Positions 22,337-34,998 of a DNA stretch of 64,000 nt are shown piece by piece. The stretch lies in contig NIVC01002594.1 in the NCBI GenBank assembly GCA_002269645.1, positions 22,909 through 86,908 on the forward strand, read 5' to 3'. Each line of letters begins with the position of its first letter. Positions within the stretch are counted from its first letter, which is position 1. This stretch comes from Macrostomum lignano (lineage: Eukaryota). The position numbers were made by a program, and so were the translations under genes. The notes beneath the pieces are model-generated. The model had not been told where the DNA came from. It saw only the letters and a list, made by a program, of their open reading frames with translations, and did not search any database.

Positions 22337-25300
22337 ATGGACTACCAGTTAATTAGTGTTAAACACGAAGCGGCCGACGCCCCGGAAGAATACGATAATG
22401 ACGACAGCTTCAGCGGCGCAAATCTCGGAGGCGCCGACGCTGACATCAGTCGCGGCCGAGGCTCGTCGAATCCGGCTGCCGGCGCCGGCCGCAAAAAAGC
22501 GAAGCTGAAAGAGCCGTCAGCAGACTTGGGCATCATGTCGGAGAATCAGATTTGCGTCGTGTGCGGAGACTACGCCTCCGGTTTTCATTACTCGGCGCTC
22601 ACCTGCGAGGCCTGCAAGAGCTTCTTTAAGCGGACTGTTCAGGGTGAGTCGGGGTGCCATTTCGACATTCGGTCTATTAAAGTACAATATATTATTCAAG
22701 GCAGGGACTGCGTGCACCATAGTGCACTTTAAGCGACATTGTCGCACAACAGGTGAGAGGCATTGCTGCCCATTCCGCCCACACCCCTGACCTGAGCAGG
22801 CACACCAGCGCGCGGATACGTACGCAGTCAGAGGCTCAGGTGCACACGAGTGTACAGCGGCCCTAACTTGGAATCCAGCCTGGGCCGCTGGCACATCAGA
22901 GCGCCGCTCTAGACCACCACTGGGCTACGCTCCCCCTATCAAAGTACATATCAGTAGGCCATCTTGACATCCGGGTCTATTAAAGTGCACAGCAGGATGC
23001 TATCTTGACATCCGGGTCTATCAAAGTACATAGCAGGGTGCCATTTTGACATCCGGGTCTATCAAAATGCATAGCAGGATGCTATCATGACATCCGGGTC
23101 TATCAAAGTGCATAGCAGGATGCTATCATGACATCCGGGTCTATCAAAATGCACAGCAGGATGCCATCTTGACATCCGGGTCTATCAAAGTGCATAGCAG
23201 GATGCTATCATGACATCCGGGTCTATCAAAGTGCATAGCAGAATGCCATCTTGACATCCGGGTATATCAAAGTGCATAGCAGGATGCTATCATGACATCC
23301 GGGTCTATCAAAGTGCATAGCAGGATGCTATCATGACATCCGGGTCTATCAAAGTGCATAGCAGGATGCTATCATGACATCCGGGTCTATCAAAGTGCAT
23401 AGCAGGATGCTATCATGACATCCGGGTCTATCAAAGTGCATAGCAGGATGCTATCATGACATCCGGGTCTATCAAAGTACATAGCAGAATGCCATCTTGA
23501 GATCCGGGTCTATCAAAGTGCATAGCAGGATGCTATCATGACATCCGGGTCTATCAAAGTGCATAGCAGGATGCTATCATGACATCCGGGTCTATCAAAG
23601 TGCACAGCAGGATGCCATCTTGACATCCGGGTCTATCAAAATGCACAGCAGGATGCTATCTTGACATCCGGGTCTATCAAAGTGCATAGCAGGATGCTAT
23701 CATGACATCCGGGTCTATCAAAGTGCACAGCAGGATGCCATCTTGACACCTCTGTACATCGCGGTTTGAGTGTCGCTAGCGTGCTTGCAATTCGAATTAT
23801 TTTTTTCGTAGCATTTTTCTACTTTTCAATTTCAGTAACAGAATCATGTAATTCAATCCCTGAAGTCTCATTATTTTATACAGTGTTGAAGGATTTATTC
23901 CTAGAACATAAAAAAAATCGAGAATTCGACACTGAGCACGCAATCCCTAGCATTAATCTCAGCTCTCTGCTTACCTGTTCGTCATTTCACCTTGAGTTCA
24001 TGACGCGCTTGTTAATGTTAAGCCTCTGATCAGCCCGCTGAAATTTCTCCTAAAGTACACAGTTGCAACTTAACCCCAGAGCCTTACTAAGACTTTGATC
24101 TCCTCTCCTTCTTTCCTGCTTTGCTGCAGACAAGCACGAGTACACCTGTTCGGGAAATTTCGACTGCTCCGTGAGCAAATCTATGCGCAAGTCCTGCCAG
24201 TACTGCCGATTTCAGAAGTGCCTTGTGAATGGAATGCTGCCGCAGGGTGAGTGACCGGGTCGCGTTTGCGCATTTATTGCCATTGTGGCATCTCGGATCT
24301 TAAGCTTATTGATCCAGCTCACGGCCCCATCATGAACTAATGACCCTTGACATATGACTCATCCTTAGCTCACCATAGATCTCGTGAGCTTATGACTGTT
24401 ATCCTTAGCTCATCTGAGATCTCCTAATGAGCTTATGACCGTCATCCTAAAATCCTCATAGATATCATAATTAGCTTATGACTGTCATCCTGAAAAAATC
24501 CTCATAGATCTCCTAATGAGCTTATGACTGTCATCCTGAAAAATCCTCATAGATCTCCTAATGAGCTTATGACTGTCATCCTAAAATCCTCATTGATCTC
24601 ATAATGACCTTATGACTGTCATCCTGAAATCCTCATAGATCTCCCAATGAGCTTATGACTGTCATCCTAAAATCCTCATTGATCTCATAATGAGCTTATG
24701 ACTGTCATCCTGAAATCCTCATAGATCTCCCAATGAGCTTATGACTGTCATCCTAAAATCCTCATAGATCTCCTAATGAGCTTATGACTGTCATCCTGAA
24801 ATCCTCATAGATCTCCTAATGAGCTTATGACTGTCATCCTGAAATCCTCATAGATCTCCCAATGAGCTTATGACTGTCATCCTGAAATCCTCATAGATCT
24901 CATAATGAGCTTATGACTGTCATCCTGAAATCCTCATAGATCTCCTAATGAGCTTATGACTGTCATCCTGAAATCCTCATAGATCTCCTAATGAGCTTAT
25001 GACTGTCATCCTGAAATCCTCATAGATCTCCTAATGAGCTTATGACTGTCATCCCGGTTTTGGCAATAATAACAAGCCATGTTTTATTAATATTGCCAGC
25101 TAATTGCCAACTTACCTGCTAGCCTATAATGATCCTTCCGCTTATCTGCCTAGGTTACCTAGGCTATTTTACCTAGGTTCCGAGCAGTCTTGAGTCTCGT
25201 TAGCATGGCCTGTTAATTTTCTTAATGACTGTCTGGCCTTTCCTTTCGCCGGACGGGCTTTTAGCGCTCTGGCTTTTTATTAGCCAAACTGGTCACTGTT

Positions 25301-28300
25301 TCTGCAAGGCGCAGACGATACTTTGTGCCATGAATCCAACAGCTATTTTCGGCTTCTTTATTGTCCCTGCTCCCATCAGGAGGATCATTCAGAAGACACT
25401 GCCCCCATCATGAGGGTCATTCAGAAGGCAGTCCCTGCTCCCATCAGGAGGATCATTCAGAAGGCACTGCCCCCATCATGAGGGTCATTCAGAAGGCAGT
25501 CCCTGCTCCCATCAGGAGGATCCTTCAGAAGGCAGTCCCTGCTCCCATCAGGATGATCCTTCAGAAGGCAGTCCCTGCTCCCATCAGGAGGATCCTTCAG
25601 AAGGCAGTCCCTGCTCCCATCAGGAGGATCCTTCAGAAGGCAGCCGTTGTCCCCCAGCTCTTATGGGGAGGGGTATTCTTACCTAAGCTGCAGCAATGTT
25701 TCAGAATTTCTCTCTTAATGCATAATTTCTTAATCTAGTAACTTTCTACTCTAGTAAGGCTTCACACCTTCGTCTCGTAATGCATTTGTCAGCAGCAAGA
25801 CTTCATGCGTTTAAAATATTATTTAGCTTTAAAAGCTGTTTGAGCTTTAAGCTGTTGATGGTCTTCTCAAAGCTGGATGGATTTATTAGTCCTTACAGAA
25901 GCGGTTGCGGCTTCTCAGGAATCACTTACGATCTAGGATATGCTGTAGCTGGCTCTGAGCTAAAGAAGCTTTGCACCGAGACGGTTTTTAGTAAGCTCTC
26001 AAAGCTTGCAACATAGTCAGTAGGGTAATGTCAAGTCTTCTTTCTGACTCCGTCCGTCTTTCACCCGTTTGTCTCTTTACTGGGTTAGTACGAGCGTAAT
26101 GAATGCATTGCAGATATTGCAGCTGTCTACTGGCCATATATTTGTCATAACTTGCCATTACTCAATATTAACTGAGCCTTCTCAGTCTAGTATATACTCC
26201 TTTTAATGCTTACTCTTGCTGATGGAATGCAAAATTTTGTTACTCTTCTGTATCTAAAATGTTTTCTTGGTTAGTAAGATTGCATACCAGAATATGGGTC
26301 ACTATCATTTGCGCGCTTTTGACTTGCGTGCTTGTAACGGTGCTTGTGACTGTGCTTGTGACTGCGTGCTTGTGACTGTGCGTGCTTTTGACTGCTTGTG
26401 CTTCTAACGGTGCGTATTCGTGACTGCGTGTGCTTGTGATTGTGCATATTTGTGACTATGTGCTTGTGACTATGTGTGCTTGTGACTGTGTGTAATTGTG
26501 ACAGTGTGCTTGTGACTGTGTGTAACTGTGACAGTGTGTGCTTGTGACTGTGTGTAATTGTGACTGTGTGTAATTGTGACTGTGTGTAATTGTGACTGTG
26601 TGTAATTGTGACTGTGTGTAACTGTAACTGTAATTGTGACTGTGTGTAATTGTGACTGTGTGTAATTGTGACTGTGTGTAATTGTGACTGTGTATGCTTG
26701 TGACTGTGTGTAATTGTGACTGTGTGTAATTGTGACTGTGTATGCTTGTGACTGTGTGTAATTGTGACTGTGTGTAATTGTGACTGTGTATGCTTGTGAC
26801 TGTGTAATTGTGACTGTGTATGCTTGTGACTGTGTGTAATTGTGACTGTGTGTAATTGTGACTGTGTATGCTTGTGACTGTGTGTAATTGTGACTGTGTG
26901 TAATTGTGACTGTGTGTAATTGTGACTGTGTAATTGTGACTGTGTGTAATTGTGACTGTGTAATTGTGACTGTGTGTAATTGTGACTGTGTGTGCTTGTG
27001 ACTGTGTGTAATTGTGACTGTGTAATTGTGACTGTGTGTAATTGTGACTGTGTGTAATTGTGACTGTGTATGCTTGTGACTGTGTGTAATTGTGACTGTG
27101 TATGCTTGTGACTGTGTGTAATTGTGACTGTGTGTAATTGTGACTGTGTATGCTTGTGACTGTGTGTAATTGTGACTGTGTATGCTTGTGACTGTGTGTA
27201 ATTGTGACTGTGTGTAATTGTGACTGTGTGTAATTGTGACTGTGTATGCTTGTGACTGTGTGTAATTGTGACTGTGTATGCTTGTGACTGTGTGTAATTG
27301 TGACTGTGTGTAATTGTGACTGTGTGTAATTGTGACTGAGTGTAATTGTGACTGTGTAATTGTGACTGTGTGTAATTGTGACTGTGTAATTGTGACTGTG
27401 TGTAATTGTGACTGTGTGTGCTTGTGACTGTGTGTAATTGTGACTGTGTAATTGTGACTGTGTGTAATTGTGACTGTGTGTAATTGTGACTGTGTGTAAT
27501 TGTGACTGTGTGTAATTGTGACTGTGTGTAATTGTGACTGTGTTTAATTGTGACTGTGTGTAATTGTGACTGTGTAATTGTGACTGTGTGTAATTGTGAC
27601 TGTGTGTAATTGTGACTGTGTGTAATTGTGACTGTGTGTAATTGTGACTGTGTGTAATTGTAACTGTAATTGTGACTGTGTGTAATTGTGACTGTGTAAT
27701 TGTGACTGTGTAATTGTGACTGTGTAATTGTGACAGTGTGTAATTGTGATGTGGGTTAGCGGCTTCCACTGAGCCTAAAAAACTGTATATTCAGTCTGAT
27801 CAAACGCCCCTCTCTCTGCCGCCAATCGCAGACGTCCGTATGGACCGAACTCGCGGCGGTCGCAAAAAGTGCAAGCGCACTTCGCGCGAGCAATTCGACC
27901 AGCTGGTTGAACAGATTGCGGCTGCCGGTGTACCCGCCAACCCGGCCACAGCTGGCCCAGCCGCATCATCGTGTGCCGATGTACCGCCACCGCAGCAGCA
28001 GGCTGCTCAGAACGTCAGCAACGGCGACATTGGTGCAGAGCGTCGCCTGCGTCATCAGTGCAACAACTCGGCCGGCTCAGAAAAATTCTTGGCTTCCATG
28101 AATCCGCTGGATAGTTTTATTCGCGAGGCCGTTGCCAACGACGCTATGATGCGGCCGCTTACCGTTGGCCACTGGCCGGGCGGACCGGACGGTGCGGCTG
28201 CCTTTTCGGCCGCCATACGCGACTGGTTTATTCGCGGCCTGAACTCTGTTATCGTCTGGAGCAATTCGTTGAAGTGCCTGGACGCACTGCTGCTGCAGGA

Positions 28301-29090
28301 CCGAATCTCTCTGCTAGCTAAGAACTGGTTCGTCATCCTGCTCATGGACACCCTGGCCAGGTCTATCCCCTACAACGGATTCGTCCAGTTTGCCAGCAAC
28401 TTCTCCATCGGTCCGAATGAGGCCGTCGCCTGCCAGGTGCCGCAGGATTTCTACTCAACCCTGTGCGGCATGCTGCAATCGTTTGATCATATGCAGCTGG
28501 ACCGGGGCGAGATTTCAATGCTGAAGCTGCTGGCCCTGCTCGATCACAGCATTATAGACGATATTGGCATCATCTCGCGTACCGAGGGCCTGCGCGGGGC
28601 CACTCTTCGCGCCCTATACCGGATCAGCTCGACCAAGCTGGACATTAGCGAGCATTCCGAACAGTGCGATCTGTACGTTAGCAAACTGCTGCTGCGCCAG
28701 GGTTTCACAGTCAACTTGAAGATGGGCCTGGAGTCCTGGTCCAGTCTAGAGCCGCCTAGTTTTGAACACTGCACCGAAGTGATCACCCGCGGCCTGGGCA
28801 TTCACGCCGCTTCGCCTACCGAACGCTCCAGCCCGGAGGACGATTGCACCAGCTCGGACTCGTGCCCGGACCAGTTTCGCAGCCGGTTGTACTTTAAAAC
28901 TATGCGCCCCGGATCCATGACGATGCAGTCGGCGGCGCCAGCTCCTGCTGCTAATCCGATGCCGCCGCCGCCGCCCCCGCCGCCGCCGCTGCAGTACCAA
29001 CAGCAGCAGCAGATGCCGCACCAAAATCCTCGCATCCTTCAGCAAGCCTGTGCTGAAGAACGGTCCCAGCCTCCTGCTCCAAAGCGTTGA
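22337..29090 (+). CDS. ERR: Estrogen-related-receptor-like nuclear receptor (NR3B-like), 3 coding exons, 560 aa
   Basis: Exons 22337-22643, 24130-24246 and 27832-29090. All introns are GT-AG, phases are 1/1 and the total is 1683 nt. DBD: [30 protein letters not shown] | [36 protein letters not shown]. The C-terminal extension [13 protein letters not shown] resembles ERR VRLDRVRGGRQK. LBD signature: [34 protein letters not shown]. An upstream exon cannot be excluded. Confidence 0.85.
22957..23750. repeat. Intronic minisatellite, 41-bp unit GACATCCGGGTCTATCAAAGTGCATAGCAGGATGCTATCAT, about 19 copies
   Basis: Direct reading. Lies in nuclear receptor intron 1. Confidence 0.95.
24375..25055. repeat. 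Intronic minisatellite, 43-bp unit GAGCTTATGACTGTCATCCTGAAATCCTCATAGATCTCCTAAT
   Basis: Direct reading. Lies in nuclear receptor intron 2. Confidence 0.95.
25363..25645. repeat. Intronic minisatellite, 36-bp unit GTCCCTGCTCCCATCAGGAGGATCCTTCAGAAGGCA
   Basis: Direct reading. Lies in nuclear receptor intron 2. Confidence 0.92.
26320..27750. repeat. Intronic minisatellite, 14-16-bp unit GTGACTGTGT(GT)AATT / ATGCTT variants
   Basis: Direct reading. Lies in nuclear receptor intron 2 and ends about 80 bp before the acceptor. Confidence 0.97.
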
Positions 29091-29704
29091 ACATGGTGAC
29101 GGTAGTGGCAGCATATTGCTTGTTATTAATCTATTATCATTCTTTAAAATGGACCAAAAAGATGAACTTGTCGGTAAAAAAGATTGAGTTGAATGCATAA
29201 ACCTGTACTGCATCAAACCCGAATTTGCCCACCTATCTATACAAATCATCAGCTATAAGCTTTAATTGTCTCGGCGCTTGTCTGTTACATGTCAATTGTA
29301 CGGAGTCGTTTCTTTTCAAATAAAAGCTGTGTAGTTTTCTTTAAGAAAGTTTTTATTCTGACTTTTGTCTGGCCCGCCCTTTATTGTTGTGTGGACACGA
29401 TTGCAGTGGTTTCCATTCATCATATTTATTATATTTTCCACTAGATTCGTCGCTTTTCTGTTTCCATATTTCAAAGTTAGATATTTTTGGCGCTGTTTTT
29501 GTACAGATCGATCTGTTTCTGTCTATCGTTTCTCTCTTGCCAATATTATGCCATCTTATTTTTACCCAGTGTTCAATGCTATTTGTGTGAAAGCATTTTA
29601 ACATAATAATTAAAGGACTGAGAATATAATTAATTTCCCCTAAAGTTTGCTTGTTGTCAACAATTTGCTGTATTTGCTGTACTTGAATAATATATCAAAT
29701 CTAG

Positions 29705-29893
29705 CAATCTGAGACTGAATAGCAGGAATTCGTTGTAGTCTATGGCCAACCCTGGCTTCAGCCTAGCATTTTCGGCACGCCTAGCAAGCAAAGTGGGAAT
29801 TTTTTCAAGCTAAGTGAGAAACATATTAGAAACATGTAAACATATGGGTTGGCCATAGACTATAACGCATTCTTGCTATTCAGTCTCAGATTG
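29705..29893. mobile_element. MITE-like inverted repeat with ~48-bp arms
   Basis: CAATCTGAGACTGAATAGCAGGAATTCGTTGTAGTCTATGGCCAACCC (29705-29752) pairs with GGGTTGGCCATAGACTATAACGCATTCTTGCTATTCAGTCTCAGATTG (29846-29893). No clean TSD. Confidence 0.7.
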
Positions 29894-29974
29894 ATAGAAA
29901 AAAGTCACTTAGCATACAAAAACCAGTAGTCAAAGAATAAAAGCTTTTGTCAGCCAATTTGATAATTAAGCCAT

Positions 29975-30014
29975 TGCCATTTGGCAGCTGTAGATTTGGT
30001 CTTTGCCCATAGCC

Positions 30015-30102
<88 letters not shown>

Positions 30103-30255
30103 TGCTGCTCTCATCCTTCTTTGTACCGATGTCTATGGCAGAATCACCAACCTGCTTGCCTTGTTCCGTTTATGTTTATGTCTATTGGCAAGACCAAGTC
30201 AACTGCTGTCAAAAGCAATGCTGCGCACACAGATATTTGTAGTAGATGTTTATGG
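29975..30255. mobile_element. MITE-like repeat with (AGAC)n(AG)n core and imperfect inverted arms
   Basis: The left arm GGCAGCTGTAGATTTGGTCTTTGCCCATAG matches the reverse complement of the right arm (GACAGCAGTTGACTTGGTCTTGCCAATAG). Related copies lie at 13233-13410 and 39553-39648. Confidence 0.65.
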
Positions 30256-30975
30256 TTAGAGAAGCGTATTGTGCTTGTTATTTTCTGTTTTTAGAATTTA
30301 AAAGAGAAACGGAGCCTCTGTAAGATTTTCTAACGCAGTTCAGAATATTATAGCTTTCTATAGCTAACTATTGATAATATAGTTGTGTTACATAATTGTT
30401 GTTTGTCCTCTGTCTGATTGTGCCAAGTTCGCTTTATTGTGCTGCCATGCATGTAAATTCTATGTGCTTTTTGATCTATCTATATACACTAATATCTATT
30501 CATCTTATATTGTCTGTTTTAATTAGCTATTGTTAAAGCGCTGCAGACAGATTTTTTGCATAGTCTACTACAGTGGGAGCTTTTTTTCATACTTGATGTA
30601 TTGCGCGTATCTACTGTAACTGCTCCTTTTTGTACGTCCTCTGAAACCGCTTTTTTCTAAAATAGATCCCCAAAATGGGTTCCTTGCGATTTTACTCATC
30701 AATAGTTGCTATCTCGATTGCTGATCCCTATTTCTCTCTGAGATCTTGTTGTCTGGTTGCGCCCGAGAAAATATATAAACTAAGCATACCCGTACTGTGA
30801 GTAGACAATATTATAGTTACACTAAGTTAATGGCTGCCAATATATACATGCATATGTATGTCTGTCTATGTTTTTTCTTTGTCATATATAAGAATAAAAT
30901 ACTGAGCACAAAAATGTATTTGCTGTTAAAACTTTCATCTTTCGTTCCACCTTGTCATTGATTCCTTTTTCATGC

Positions 30976-33060
30976 AGGCTTATGCCAGTATGGGACACAG
31001 ACAGTGGGTGAATGCCAGTATAGGACACAGACAGTGAGTGAATGCCAGTGTAGGACACAGACAGTGGGTGAATGCCAGTGTAGGACACAGACAGTGGGTG
31101 AATGCCAGTATGGGACACAGACAGTGAGTGAATGCCAGTGTAGGACACAGACAGTGGGTGAATGCCAGTGTAGGACACAGACAGTGGGTGAATGCCAGTG
31201 TAGGACACAGACAGTGGGTGAATGCCAGTATAGGACACAGACAGTGGGTGAATGCCAGTATAGGACACAGACAGTGGGTGAATGCCAGTATAGGACACAG
31301 ACAGTGAGTGAATGCCAGTGTAGGACACAGACAGTGAGTGAATGCCAGTATGGGACACAGACAGTGGGTGAATGCCAGTATAGGACACAGACAGTGAGTG
31401 AATGCCAGTATGGGACACAGACAGTGAGTAAATGCCAGTGTAGGACACAGACAGTGGGTGAATGCCAGTGTAGGACACAGACAGTGGGTGAATGCCAGTA
31501 TAGGACACAGACAGTGAGTGAATGCCAGTGTAGGACACAGACAGTGGGTGAATGCCAGTGTAGGACACAGACAGTGGGTGAATGCCAGTATAGGACACAG
31601 ACAGTGAGTGAATGCCAGTGTAGGACACAGACAGTGGTGAATGCCAGTGTAGGACACAGACAGTGGGTGAATGCCAGTGTAGGACACAGACAGTGGGTGA
31701 ATGCCAGTATAGGACACAGACAGTGGGTGAATGCCAGTATAGGACACAGACAGTGAGTGAATGCCAGTGTAGGACACAGACAGTGAGTGAATGCCAGTAT
31801 GGGACACAGACAGTGGGTGAATGCCAGTATAGGACACAGACAGTGAGTGAATGCCAGTATGGGACACAGACAGTGAGTGAATGCCAGTGTAGGACACAGA
31901 CAGTGAGTGAATGCCAGTATAGGACACAGACAGTGAGTGAATGCCAGTATGGGACACAGACAGTGGGTGAATGCCAGTATAGGACACAGACAGTGAGTGA
32001 ATGCCAGTATGGGACACAGACAGTGAGTAAATGCCAGTGTAGGACACAGACAGTGGGTGAATGCCAGTGTAGGACACAGACAGTGGGTGAATGCCAGTAT
32101 AGGACACAGACAGTGAGTGAATGCCAGTGTAGGACACAGACAGTGGGTGAATGCCAGTGTAGGACACAGACAGTGGGTGAATGCCAGTATAGGACACAGA
32201 CAGTGAGTGAATGCCAGTGTAGGACACAGACAGTGGGTGAATGCCAGTGTAGGACACAGACAGTGGGTGAATGCCAGTGTAGGACACAGACAGTGGGTGA
32301 ATGCCAGTATAGGACACAGACAGTGGGTGAATGCCAGTATAGGACACAGACAGTGAGTGAATGCCAGTGTAGGACACAGACAGTGAGTGAATGCCAGTAT
32401 GGGACACAGACAGTGGGTGAATGCCAGTATAGGACACAGACAGTGAGTGAATGCCAGTATGGGACACAGACAGTGAGTGAATGCCAGTGTAGGACACAGA
32501 CAGTGAGTGAATGCCAGTATAGGACACAGACAGTGAGTGAATGCCAGTATAGGACACAGACAGTGAGTGAATGCCAGTGTAGGACACATAAAGTGAGTGA
32601 ATGCCAGTGTAGGACACAGACAGTGAGTAAATTTCAGTATAGGCAGTGAGTAAATGCCAGTGTAGGACACAGAGTGCAGTGAATGCCAGTGTAGGACACA
32701 GAGTGCAGTGAATGCCAGTGTAGGACACAGACAGTGGGTGAATGCCAGTGTAGGACACAGACAGTGGGTGAATGCCAGTGTAGGACACAGACAGTGAGTG
32801 AATGCCAGTATAGGACACAGACAGTGGGTGAATGCCAGTATAGGACACAGACAGTGAGTGAATGCCAGTGTAGGACACATAAAGTGAGTGAATGCCAGTG
32901 TAGGACACAGACAGTGAGTGAATTTCAGTATAGGCAGTGAGTAAATGCCAGTGTAGGACACAGAGTGCAGTGAATGCCAGTATTGAACACAGTGCAGTGA
33001 ATGCCAGTATTGAACACAGTGCAGTGAATGCCAGTAAGGACACAAGCAGTGAGTGAGCAT
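30976..33060. repeat. Minisatellite, 30-bp unit GTGAATGCCAGT(G/A)TAGGACACAGACAGT(G/A)G, about 69 copies
   Basis: Direct reading. The long Cys/His-rich ORFs here are translations of the repeat. Confidence 0.97.
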
Positions 33061-33854
33061 AGGACGCAGGTAGTGCAGTGAGTTAATGCCAGCATAGGAC
33101 TCAGACACTGTAGGGACTGAGTGTATTATATGACTAGTACGGCTATATTACCAAATTAAATGCAGTCTTCTAATGGATAGCGTTTGTTGTACTTAGAATT
33201 CATCCATTTCTATTCATTTCTTGCAGCAATTTGTGTGGCTTGACCCGTTTACAAAAATAGCTAGTAACTAGAAAAGTGCAACATTAAGTTCCTGGCCGTT
33301 AAGGTTAGCCAAATTTGGCTAACTGTACGCCAGCCTTGGCGCGTGTACGCCTGAATGCCTTATTAGTTGCCTGTACGGCAGTAGAAGTTATTGAATTGAA
33401 CGCATTGTACTCTGTTGATAAGTACTCGTACTGTTAGGGGAAGAGAGTGAGGACAGGGACAGGGGGGAATGTAATGCGTCTCTGGAAACACCCGGAGGCT
33501 AGTGTCGGATTGGTACACAGAGATGCGAGTGAGAAGAAGCGCATGAGCAGCAGCTGGTGCCTGGGTAGGTGCTGGGTGGGTGGCCAAGTATCCATGCGCT
33601 TCGTGACTGAGAGGTACAACCTTGACGATCTATATAGTGCGTGTTAGCTAGGGCATGTTCTGTTTCTCTGTCTACCTTGCCCGCAAATTTGTGTGCAACC
33701 TCTTCAGGTCTTTCTTCGCTCCTCACCTTTCTTGTCCTTGCCCATTACAAAGCGATCCCAACCCCGTGAATGCGCGCGACTGTCTACTGCACTGAGTAGT
33801 GTGCAGTATAGCGGGTTCATCTTAGTGCAATTTCGTACCATTATAGCATTTTCT

Positions 33855-34310
33855 TATGTAGGACTGGCACACCCTCATCCTAAAGTAGGACTGGCACACC
33901 CTCATCCTAAAGTAGGACTGGCACACCCTCATCCTAAAGTAGGACTGGCACACCCTCATCCTAAAGTAGGACTGGCACACCCTCATCCTAAAGTAGGACT
34001 GGCACACCCTCATCCTAAAGTAGGACTGGCACACCCTCATCCTAGAGTAGGACTGGCACACCCTCATCCTAAAGTAGGACTGGCACACCCTCATCCTAAA
34101 GTAGGACTGGCACACCCTCATCCTAGAGTAGGACTGGCACATCCTCATCCTAAAGTAGGACTGGCACACCCTCATCCTAGAGTAGGACTGGCACACCCTC
34201 ATCCTAGAGTAGGACTGGCACACCTTCATAAAATCATTAGAGTAGGACTGGCACACCTTCAAAAAATCATAGAGTAGGACTGGCACACCTTCATAAAATC
34301 ATAGAGTAGG
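33855..34310. repeat. Minisatellite, 27-bp unit AGTAGGACTGGCACACCCTCATCCTAA
   Basis: Direct reading. Confidence 0.96.
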
Positions 34311-34998
34311 ACTGACATGCTTCTCTAATCCTCACGCAGTTACTAGAACAACTACTATCAGTAAGAATAGTAGTAAGTTACTACTATTCAGTTCAGTAGA
34401 AAGTTAAATAGAAGCACATTAGTGTATTTTTAAAGGCAAGGCTGTTTTATTGGCTCATACCCCCCTCTTAGCTTAAAACCCTTTCCAACCACACAAAACC
34501 TCTACCTCCGCCCACAAGTACTAGAATAACTACATAGTTCACTCAGCACATTGGCGTGTAAGCTACTTTCAGTTCGATTAGTAGGTTAGACGGAAGCATT
34601 TTGATGTATTTTTAAAGCCAATACTCATTTATTGGCTCTTACCCCCAGCTTAAACCCTCCAATCCCGCCTTTCCACACTACTCCCCGACCCGCCCCAATT
34701 TTATTGCCTTTCTCGGAATTCCATCTTAAAGCTGCCATGTACATTTCAGTGGACTGGCTAATGTACATTATTGCTAATCAAATTAGCAAGTTGTTTACGT
34801 CTGCAAGCTTGGGCTTCTAAACTTATCAAAGTCATTTCAGCTGCCTCTATTCTTATAAAATAGCTTATGTATTCTTCTTTGCTACTGAACTAAAAGTAGA
34901 AAGCTGTTTTACTAAGTATATATGCCTGAGTAGCTCAATCTAGTTTAAGTATCTCTTGGCTGGACTGACAACTCTCCAAATCCATCCCGCAGCTGCAG

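Noticed and set aside
26456-27769. 437-aa His/Thr/Gln ORF
   Set aside because: Translation of the intronic 14-16-bp array in the nuclear receptor gene.
30882-33108. Long Cys/His/Thr-rich ORFs (712, 687 and 328 aa) that look like metal-binding repeat proteins
   Set aside because: They are translations of a 30-bp unit that is open in several frames on both strands. There are no unique flanking domains.
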